64,000 nucleotides of DNA from Lingula anatina. Its lineage: Eukaryota; Animalia; Brachiopoda. Where the stretch lies: NCBI GenBank assembly GCA_051362555.1, contig CM120641.1:26914401-26978400 (forward strand), given 5' to 3'. Below, piece after piece: positions 27,743 to 42,600 of the stretch. A model generated the notes under the pieces. The model did not search any database and was not told the origin of the DNA. It saw only the letters and a program-made list of their open reading frames with translations. Each line of letters opens with the position of its first letter. The stretch's first letter is position 1. Position numbers and translations under genes: made by a program.

Positions 27743-28746
27743 CTATTCTTCTGACACCATATTGAACCTGTTTTGATCAAGGAGACATAAAATTAATTGT
27801 ATTTATGTAGGAAATGGTTTGTTTTGGTGGTGGTAACAACTTTTTGATAATACATGAACTTTTTGTTTATAGGAATTGGGTCTTGTATCTGCACATTTTG
27901 ACCTTAAGTAGTTGACCAAGGCAAGGTGATAACAGATGCATAGGGTTACGGAATGTCTTAGCTGCTGTGTATCTAGGCACACGCATTTATATTTTATGAA
28001 AGATGTTCTGGGAACTATTTGTATCGAGCTGCATCAGTGAGAAGTCATTCAGCTTTTTAGCTACGGAGATAATTTCCCGCAGTTTTAGCAGCTACACTGT
28101 AATATTAGTTACGTTACTTTATTTGCACACTGGTTACCAGCCATCATGTGGTTTCATGGTTTGGGGACGGCTATTTGTTACTTTGTGACTTTATTTTCTT
28201 CGGATAATATTCAGCTTTCCCAGCCACCAGTTTTGTTATTCAAGTTTCGGCGACGGCCGTTTCCTTTTATTGGGTGACTTCCAAGTTCTTGGATCACACA
28301 CAGGGTAGTATTTCTTTAGTGTCTTCATTTTTTCCCCTTATTCATGTGCTCTTATCAACAGATTTGTAATTTGTTTTGTGTTGCAACTGCAGATGTTAAC
28401 TATTTTGTTTAGGTGTCCCTTCATCATGTTATTCTTGATTTTCTTCTTTTGTGTGCATCTATTTTATATATGTTTCTATTCCCACAGGTGTTTCAGAAAA
28501 CATTACTTGCTATTTTTCAGCACGTGTAAACTATACGAAAAACAGCAACAAAATTAAGACTAAAAATCCTGAAATAGGGCATAATCCTGAAAACTTTCAC
28601 CGGCATAATTTTTAACAGTTATAGACAATGATAATTAAAAATGCCATATTTGATTCAAAATGGTTTTATTATTCTATAGATTGTTTTGCTTGTGAAATCT
28701 GTCTTTATACAGCAACCATTTCTTCTGTACACAAATAACAGTTAAT

Positions 28747-32486
<3,740 letters not shown>

Positions 32487-32916
32487 TTTGTGGGTTCCTG
32501 AAATTAAAAAAAAATTACCAACTTTACATCAATATTTCAGTTTTAGAGAAAAATCACTAACAGTATCAGTTTCTTTAACATGCCATTCAACCAGAGTTAA
32601 GTACGTCACAATCTGACGAGGAATTTCAAGTTATTTGAAGCTACTCGACAAAAAGGGAACACATTTGCGCAAAATAAAAGTATCTGTAAGGTTGCATGAT
32701 TCCCACAATTTTAAAAGAAAACTGGACAGCTTGGACTACGAATGTGACAAAGTTATGGCAGATAAACCTACCAATTATTAAACTAAAGAACATACCTCTG
32801 AAAAGATACTTATATCACCAAAGAGTTTACTTCTTGGGCTTGCTTAAACAGCTAAATCAGGCATCGTTAGATCGTACTAAAGCACAAAATATCGTATTTA
32901 TACTAAACACACTTAC

Positions 32917-33059
32917 ACGTGATGGTGAAATCCAAAATGGCAGGTTTCCAAAAGATAGATAGTGCGCAGTTTTTCGCGCAGCGCAGGTTTGGGCACATCC
33001 TCTTTCGTCATCACTTTTAGTGTAAATCTGATGACGTTTTCACAAGCGCGGGGTCCGAA
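32917..33059. promoter_or_regulatory. FAU non-coding first exon with TCT/TOP-type start, and FAU/RNF8 bidirectional promoter
   Basis: Minus strand reads ATCTATCTTTTGGAAACCTGCCATTTTGGATTTCACCATCACGT|GTAAGT: polypyrimidine start, YY1-like GCCATTTT, then a splice donor at 32916. The RNF8 ATG lies at 33060 on the plus strand. Confidence 0.7.
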
Positions 33060-34120
33060 ATGGCTACTTTCATTTGTTGTCTTCGCAGAGTTGGAGAGAT
33101 ATCAAACAAACGAAGGATAGAGCCACTAGAAAACAAAAATGAGGTAAATCTAAGAAATATTTTATTGACATTTATAGCCATTATCCTTAAATAGCTTTTG
33201 TAAGATGATGTGTAAATAGGTGCTAAAATGGAACTTGCCACGACGCGGACCCAAGTAGTAAGTACATGTACAGTAAATGTACATGTGATACCTATGTTTT
33301 AATTTTTATATTTAATCGCTTATCTCATCAAGTTTTTTTGTGTGATTTGCGCTTATTTCATGTTGAATGAAGCATTTTCATCAAGATCAGTAAACGAGAG
33401 AAATATAAAAACTTCATGGGAGTGCAGGAGGCAGACTAACTTCACCAAGGGTTCATTCCCAGTTGAAACTATTGTTCTACTTAGATCGACCAAACTCCCT
33501 AGGAACTCGACGAATGCAATCAATGTGCCCTTCTCTTGTTTCCAACGTTCATGTATTGTACCAGCTATTCTGTATTCTACTAAATGCTAGGGGGTATGTG
33601 AATCTGTTAATCAGTGTTCAGCAACAGACCCCTAGCACGAAAATTCATGTGTTAGCACTCCTGTTGACGATTCTGATATGTACTGTCTGTGCTAACACAT
33701 TACATATTAGAATCGTCAATAGGAGTGCTAACACATGAATTTTCGTGCTACAGTCCCCATGAAGTTGGATCTGTCTGTGTAGAATGAAAGTTCTATTGTG
33801 CCCTAAAGCTTAACATGGAATTGCAACTTTGTTATTTTCTGTGTCATTGATATTGTTTTTCCTTCCCAGCTATGACATGGACTTTCATGGCTTTAATTTT
33901 TAGTTTGAAACAGAGTGTAGACATTTGTCCCAGTCATTTGTGTGAATTTATTTTTATAGTCATTCCTCAATAACATGCAATCTGCATTCTTCGATAGCAT
34001 ACAATCTGCAAATTTTGGTGAAAATAAATTTTATTAATTTCTTCTGTCAGTCTCATTTTTCATTCACTGCTCCAAATGCCATAAGATGTAAAAATACTTT
34101 GTCATCAAAATTCTTAGTGT

Positions 34121-34152
<32 letters not shown>

Positions 34153-37100
34153 GGCTTGACACTAACTTTTTTCGATACTGGCCCAAAATATCGGTAAATA
34201 TTGCAAGGATGATTTGACATATGACATTTTACTTGCTCTTTGGGCCAGTGACCCCAGCGATTCAATGGCCCCAGGTTGGTTTTCAGTGGCCCAGGGCCAG
34301 TGGGCCACCCTTAATGTCAAGCCCTGTATATATATATATAATTTATTTTTATTTTTATTTATTTATTATTTTTTTTTTGTATCCCAGGTCATCATTGGAA
34401 GACATAAAGAAAATGCCATATGCATCACTGACAGTGTCATGATATCAAGAAAACATGCGGTATTGAAGAAACTACAGGATGGTTCTTGGACTATTACAGA
34501 TAACAAGGTACTTGCCATAGGACCAGTGGTTACATCTCAACTATTTTGTTTTAAGTATGTCTTAAGTTTGCTTTATGTCTTATTTTAAGTATAATTTGAT
34601 AAAACATCAGGTATGCCGAAAATGAATACTTCAAGACTTAAACCCCAATAACTCAAATTATTTTTGAATCTCAAAAATGCATGTCATGATTTTTCATGAA
34701 ATGACAGGATGTTTATTAATTTATTTTGGTTTTTAGAGCCTTAATGGAGTTAAAGTCAATGATAAGCAGTTAATTCCTTCGCAGCCCTATTTGCTCAAAG
34801 ACGGAGACAGGATTCAGCTGGGAATTCCTCCAAATAATGCCAGTAGCGAGCCAGTAGTTGTATTTCAATATCACACTTGCCTTAGAGTCAAGTCAAAAAT
34901 GATTGATAAAATTTCATCCAAAAGGAAACATTCCGAGGACAGTGTAAGTTCAAAAAGTAAATGTGTAAAATATGATCATGTTTTCAAACATCCGCACTCA
35001 GAACAGATTAGAAATCCGGGCGCAGTTTGGTCGCCATCTTTGCAAATGAAGAAACAGCTAGAGGAACAAGAGCGCCTGCATCAGGAGAAGTTGAAAGCTG
35101 CAGAAAAGGAGATGGAAGAGATGAGAAAACAGTTAGAGGAAAAGGAAGCAGCACAAAAAGAGATGTTTAAACAGCTCCGAGAAAATGAAGAGAGAATCAA
35201 ACTTGAAAAACAGGTAGTGAGATTGAGAAAGTTATTTATGGAGAGAATAGATGTCAGTATTATTGTTTCAGTAAGACTTGATTATTAGGGTCACACAAAA
35301 AATGTGAATAGCTTAAGGTATACTGCACACTTATAAAAAAAGTCCCAAAGACATTTTTCATGTCTGAATATCCAGAAAAAGCTACTGATTTTTTCCAATT
35401 CGGACCTTCAAAATAATAAAACCTCTCAAATAAATTCACCTGGCGTCCATATTTCCTTATGAAATGTAAGGACAACATGGCAGTCTAATTGAGTTATGAT
35501 TTATTAAGATTTAATTATTTAATTAGCATTGGTACATATCACTTAATCCAAATGGAGAGAGAGGCTGAGCAATAATTTGTGTGAAGTAGATATTTTTTTT
35601 AGATAAAAAGAGATTTAGTGTAAAAATCTTGCACAGACTACCCTGAAGATTGACTTTATTTCTTTTAGGACCAGAAGCAGAAACTCCAAGAAGCAGAGAA
35701 TATGATCTCAGAAATGGTGCAGGCACTTAAAGAAAGAGAACAGACTGAAGCACAAATGATAGAAGATATTAGACAGAAAGAAGAAGAAGCAAGGCTAAAA
35801 CTGGAGGAACAAAGGGTAGGGATAACATAAATGGTGTATAATCTGGCTTAGGAATTTTATCACAATGAGAAATTATTACTTAAAACAAAGGCCCCTTTTC
35901 TCATTGTTTGTTTCTTCAGTGAGTGATAATCTTTTAGCTGAAAGTCTCACTTTTACCACATCGTTAGGGCATTTTTTCACTTAAATCCGCCTTTTCATTT
36001 CAGGACCTTATCAAATTAAAGATATAAAATTTTAATTTGAAATATTTAAGTTCTGATGGAATTTTACATGGGAAGTATAATAACGTTTTATTTAAGAGCA
36101 TTAAAAACTGGGGAATGTAATGGAGTTTGTCGCTTTAATTTTTGACATTGCATTTAGGCAAACATGGAAGAAGAAAGAAAGAAATTTGAAGAAGAAATGA
36201 AAAGCGAAGTACAGAAACAATTACAGGAAAAGGAGGAACTTTTGAGACAACAACTAACTGTCCAGAGAAATGCTCTTCTGGAAGAGAAAGAAAGGATTGA
36301 GAAAGACTTACAACAGGAGATGGAAAGAAAATTGGAAGAAAAAGACAAAGACCTGGAAAACAGACTGCTGAAGGAAAAAGAGAACCTTGAAAAAATAATA
36401 TCAAACAAAGAACTGGAACAGAAAATGTTAGAAAGTCAGTTGAATGAAACTAAGATTGAAAATGAAAAAACTAAAGAGCAAATGTTGAAAGCTAGGGAAG
36501 ATGTGTTGACCAATTTTGCTGATGTTATGGAAACAGAATTGCAGTGCAGCATATGTAATGAACTTTTCATCCAGGTTTGTGAAACGCTAGCTTGCATATG
36601 TATCATTACATTCAAGAACCAGTTCACATTGGAAACGTGATAAGATTTTCAGAGTAAGACAAAAAAATATGAAACCATATGGTATAACTTGTTCATAGTG
36701 TAAGGAGAGAGAGAAAGAGAACAAGCTTGCCCAAACCCATAAGGCTATTAACACTTTTTCTTGTGACTAAGACTTCCGGACATAATACTACATAAGACTA
36801 TTTGCTTTGTAAAGATGTTGTTAGTCCTGGTTTACTTTAATATTGTTTATAATAAATGTAATGTTTATAATTTTTTCCAGGCCACATCTCTGAACTGCTC
36901 ACACTCTTTCTGTGCATACTGTATTGGGCAGTGGATAGAGAAGAAAAAAGAATGCCCAATTTGTAGATCAGCAATTACATTTAAAAATAGGTATGTATTA
37001 TCCTCTTAGACAAATTCATGCTTGTGTTTTTTAATGAGTTTTGAAGTTGATAACATACTTTTATCTTAATTGTCTCCTAAAAGGAGGTATTGTTTAAAAA

Positions 37101-37583
37101 TTTTAGTGATGATTGATTAATTAATTATATAATCCTTTGATTAATTAATGGTTAATTACTACTTAATTATTTGTCTTGGCAGGGATTGTGCTCTCTAAGT
37201 GTTTATAGGTGCATTTAAAACATGAAAATGTATTTCAGTTGAATGCATGCTGGCACATTTAAGTAACACTTATTTAATTTTTGTTGCTTATGTTGACATT
37301 ATTAGTTACAGGGCTCTTTTAATATTCTCTTTAAACTGAAATGCATATTTCATTGCTCTTGTAGAGATAGTGTTTTTAACTTTGTTGTTTTGTTATTTAA
37401 CTAAAATAATAACACAACATGTATTATACATATGGGTGAATTTTGATGAAATTTGCTGGATAGGTTAGAAATGGGCTAGCTTTCATGATCCATTAATCAA
37501 TTAATCAATTAATTAGTTGAGATTTGAATGCCTTCGTGGCAGGCTGTGCTCTCTAACTGCTATTCTAGTTATTATTTATTCAT

Positions 37584-37614
<31 letters not shown>

Positions 37615-39613
37615 TTTCAATAGGTCCATAGTTCTGGATAGTTATATTGACAGGATGGTGGAACACTTGAGTGAAGAGATGAAAGAGAATAGGAAAATAC
37701 TAATAGAGAGTAGGAAAGGTATAATATTTTATTTCAATTATCAATAAGTGAGGTTGCTTGATGAACATAATGCTATATCAGATTTCATAGAAAGAGTCTG
37801 ATTGTCAGAGAAAAACTTTTTACTGAAATGTTTGTTATTAACTAAATACAAACAAACCTCTTTGTACCCATATCAGAATGTGTGATCTTTGTTTTTGAGT
37901 AGGTATAAAAAGAACACATTCATAATTAATTAACAAAAATATCAAACTCTTAAATGTTAACTGAAGTCCCCGTTTCCTTTACAGAGGAGCAGGCAGTAAT
38001 AGATGAGAAACAGAAATCTCTTCAAACGCACAGAGTTCCTCCTAGAGCTCATGATGTCATTGATCTGAGTAGTTCAGAGGATGAGGATGAAGATGAGGAT
38101 GAGGAGGATAGTGAAGTGAGCGTAGAAGGAGAAGACGGGGTTTACTATGGAGGATATGGACAGTGCTACAACTGTGGTGAGTTTTGAAATATGTTTTAAG
38201 GTACATATGAACCAAGCAACAGTGGGGCATGGATTCCCAGTAACACATATAAAGCACTTCTGTTACTTTCTTATATGACCCAAATAAAGTGAACATGCCA
38301 AGGGATAAACCGAATTAATAATTTGATCAGCCATAAAAGAGCTTTAATATCCACCTTCTTAAAATTTTGGGGTCATAAACTTAACTTACTTATCTGACAT
38401 ACTTTTCTGACCCATTTATATACAGCATAGAAAGCAAGTGGAAAAATCCATTCAAATATCATTTTTCAGGTAATATAAAATGATGTCTTTGGTATTTCTC
38501 TTAGTTATACTATTTGAAACTATGTGGTGGCATTTGGTAATCTTGTGTCAAAAAATTGAATTCATATGCATCTTTAAAGAAATTTTGTTAAACAGATTTC
38601 CACCAGTGTGCACCACAAAGATGACAGACATGATTTTTCCCAACCAGATTTAAATAAGAAATTCTTGTTGGTTTTCAGATCTAAGTGACCCCCAACCCCT
38701 TGGCCTTAAAGGCACCAACCACTTTCTTCAGAATTATTTGTTACAATAAATTCCAAAACCATGACTGACTAAGGATATACAAACTGTAATTGTGATGAAA
38801 GCAACATTAAGACTCGTGTTTTGGAACTGATTAACTTCCCCAGGCAACAGAATTATTTACAGGGGATTTGAAAGTGTGAGATTTTTTTTATCCTTGGCAA
38901 ATAAGTTTGGCTTTATGCTCATGTTTGTCAGACTAAAACTGTTTTAATTTACCTTAGTTATAAAAGGGACTGTATTTATGATTTGGGATGGAAAATGCAG
39001 TCTAATATTCCCTGCATCCTTGTCCATTTTATAGTGTATATATCTGTTGTCACTGCCAAGTTCCAGTACCCACAAGTTCTTACCTGTCAAGTTCTTAGAG
39101 GCACCCTGAAAATTAAATTTGAAATATTTTAGAATTGATTTTAATTTCATTATTTAAAGAAGGTTTAATACACCTCTAGGACACAAGCTTTTTAAAAAGA
39201 AAATATAAAAAGAAACATGTAGTACAATCACTTTAACAATTAATTAAATATAGTTTGATTTGGTAACCAGGTCATTTTTTTCAGTGTGTTTGTCTTTTGT
39301 TAATAAATTATATTAACTTTTTTGTTTTGTTTCCATTGTCACAGAAATGAGATTTAAAAAACAAGTTATTAAAATAACTTTATTATTAATTTGGTGTCAT
39401 TTTCACTTGGATAATGTGGCAAAAGTGTTCAGATCTGATAAGTAATATATCAGTATAAGAAAAGTTGGGAATTATGACAAAAATACAATGAGACCACTTT
39501 AAATATGCAGGCAAAAAGTGAAGCTTCAGCTTTATATATTTACATATAACATGTTCTTTTTCCATCTTTCAGGGCACAGAGGTCACTGGGCTAATGGTTG
39601 CCCATTCAGGTGA
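33060..39613 (+). CDS. RNF8: E3 ubiquitin ligase RNF8 (FHA - coiled coil - RING) with an extra C-terminal acidic tract and CCHC knuckle
   Basis: Exons 33060-33143, 34388-34507, 34737-35213, 35669-35815, 36158-36574, 36881-36990, 37624-37718, 37985-38176, 39573-39613. FHA motifs VIIGR...MISRKHAVL...WTITDNKSLNGVKVN. RING ETELQCSICNELFIQATSLNCSHSFCAYCIGQWIEKKKECPICR, then RSIVLDSYIDRMVE. Confidence 0.9.
33633..33750. mobile_element. Near-perfect palindromic mini-element in RNF8 intron 1
   Basis: TAGCACGAAAATTCATGTGTTAGCACTCCTGTTGACGATTCTGATATGTA pairs with TACATATTAGAATCGTCAATAGGAGTGCTAACACATGAATTTTCGTGCTA (about 50-bp arms, two mismatches, short loop). Confidence 0.8.
34150..34326. mobile_element. 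hAT-like MITE inserted in a (TA)n tract
   Basis: TIRs CAGGGCTTGACACTAA ... TTAATGTCAAGCCCTG, internal GGCCC/GGGCCAGT repeats, TA runs on both sides. Confidence 0.8.
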
Positions 39614-42600
39614 ATCCGAACTTAAGGCCATTGTTTTTACTCATTTTTTGCCTTTTTTTTAAATTATGTATCTAATGTCTCATGAGTAGTACAACTCTTG
39701 AAATATTTTGTAAACCCAAATATTATGTAGCTAGTAGTAAGCATGTTTACGTGTTATTGCTTAGTTAACATCTAATAATTTACAGAAACATTTAATCTTT
39801 TAATCATCTCTACATTTATTTTACATGACTGTACTATTATAAGAGATAAATGTGTCAGGAAGTGTTATTTTAGTATATTTCGGTGCTCAGTTGCAAATTG
39901 ACATTGGTATGACTTTGAAAATATGTATAAGTTGATGTTTTCCATCAAATATCCAGTGTATGTGCTACATGAGATTAGCATGTAATTGAAAAGGACTGTC
40001 CTCAGAATCTGTTCCAACGTGCCTGCAACAATAACCTTGATGCATATATTTAGAACATACTCTGTGTAATTTTAATCTTAAAGGAGAGTCTCTGGAAATT
40101 TGATTCTACGCTTCGGGCAACAATGCATACAAACCACTTAATAGTGTATAATTGAAGCAGTGCATGGGAACCGATTTTAAGTGCCTGGGATGACATTGTT
40201 ATCTACCTTAGGAATAGTTATTTTCATGTAACTTTATTGTGTGCCATTTTGAGATTATGAATAATTGAGATATTGAGTTCGAAATTTGATCCGAAGCCCC
40301 TGGGACAACACTGTACTTGCCTCGGGACAAAGGTATTAAATCTTACAGCATGCGCCCCCTTTTCAATGTAATGGGCAATTGAATTGAAAGCTTGTAACGC
40401 GATCTAGTTGCAGTATGAATGGTGGCCTGCGTAATGAAGCGAATGCTCTAGGTGAGATTGCAGTGCAGATCTCTGAACATTGTGTTGTACCTCGCAATCT
40501 CGTTGCAACGAAGGCGCATCATTAATTAATAGAAATGAAATAAAGTGTATTCCTCTAGCATGTTGCTAAAATTGCGTGCATTTGTCGATTTGTTTTCAAG
40601 AATCCCCACATTCTGCCCAATGTTGATGTTACAAATCGAAGGCTAATGGAAAGGACAGGGTTGTCACGCGACTACGGCGGTCATCAACGATTGTGTTAAT
40701 TGCCGCGAAGAGAATCCCATTGAACAAAGGATAGATTCAGTGCACCGAGGAAAGGGCTAACCCACCAAGTGGATATCTCCGCTGAAAAATGGGCGTGGTG
40801 GGTCGTGACTAACGGGACCGTAATAGCTTGATCGAAATTCATTAAATTTGATTTTCTGAGATGCCGGGTCAGCATTAAAGCCGCAAAGTTCACGGCAAAT
40901 TTAATCAAAACGTTTAACGACCCGCTCCTCTCCTCGCGGAGAAAGCATGATTAGTTTATCTCTCCTTAAATGCGGGAAATGTAATGGTATCGCGGGGCAC
41001 AAAATAGCAACATTTTCTCCACAGACAGCGAAAGGTCGTCGGTAATAGCGTTAAGCTATCGTAGACCTGATTATCAAGAAGTAAATTGAAATGGACTCGA
41101 GTGTTTAGTCACCAACAGTTTGATCAGTGTTGAAACAAGCGCTGGAAGCTATACAAGGCTGCTTTACAAGCTGAGGTGGAAGCGATGATGGACACGGTTG
41201 TCGGACATACATTACTTCTATATAACAGTTATGGATAAACTTTATTACAGGGATTTAATTCCAAAAACAGTTCCCTTTTTCGATCTGCTTTATTATATCC
41301 TTAAACTCGTCGACGGTCCAATGATTTTTTAAAATTATAACTGATAATGTTTTTTTTAAATTTATTTATTTATAATAATGGTTATATGAAGAAGAAAGTT
41401 AAAAAATACTTTCAAGATAAAATACATAAAAAACTTAGCAAATCCTTTAAATAAATGATGCATATTTTTATAAGCAAGGGCTTCAGTATAAAGAGTCATT
41501 TGAATCGGACATTTCAGTTACATCACATTCAAATGGAAAAAAGTTTCAGAAAGAACCACAGCCAATCAACCTGGGAAAAAACCATTTCATTACATATTTG
41601 TCCTAATTAATAAACTCTTCGTCTCATTTTTGAAAACTGTTAGCTGTGAGTGGTAACATGTGCGAAAGGCCCGGGTCATGTTTGCGGATCCCGGTGCGGA
41701 TACTCCCTCGGTTCCTGGCGATGCGTAATCAGTAGCAACTTTGTCGTAAGTGGAGCTTCCTTGCAAGGCCTTTGAAATGCACAGCATCTTATGTCGTTGA
41801 CTTTTCGTACAACATGTGTACGTTTCTGTGGGGTCGACTGTTTTCAATCAGCCACTTCCAATTCCTGTCATAAATTATGAGGAAACAAGCTCTACCATTG
41901 CCACACTTGACAATTCAATTTTTTTTTTTTTAGAAATTTTCCTTTGCTGAAAAAAGAACTGAATTTAAAGAGGTGTTTGTATTCGTGTTAGAGGAATTGA
42001 TTTTATCTCATCGTTAAGTATGTATTTCCTCATCAGAATTTCGATTGCAATGAATGATTATTGGCCATTTTCTCTTTCCGCTGTTAAGTTTATTTTCAGA
42101 TTAATTGAAATTTAATGAAAAGATCTCTGTCTCAAAAGCTGAGCGATATACATCTTCAATGAACCTATTTGAGCATTTCTTCTGCGGGGAGAATCTTTTT
42201 TTCAGATGCCAAATTCAGGTGTTATTGACCATTTTAGAGCATGTCTTAGCAACTCGAATTTGTTTGTTCTAAATTACGCTGATAAAACACTCATTTTCAA
42301 ACAATTAAATTTGTCGAGCATGCCCTTTCTATAAAAATCCAGGTTTCCTAGACTTAAAGCTTTTTAAAAGCGGTATTTCCAAGATAAATCAGAGACAAAT
42401 TAACTTATTAGAAATTTTATTTTTCTGTTTTCTTCTGTTACATGAGCATCTATAGTTTTTTGCAAAATAAGTTTTAAAAAAATGCAAATTTTTTGAGGGA
42501 CAAATGTGCCTTGTGAAGTGAAATTTGAAATTTCTTTTTTTTTTTTCAAATTTTTCAGCGAAGATTTGTGATGTTTATTAGCTTCATAAAGCTCGGTTAC

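Noticed and set aside
36135-36627. Antisense ORFs over RNF8 and other exons
   Set aside because: Shadows of low-complexity coiled-coil coding sequence on the opposite strand.
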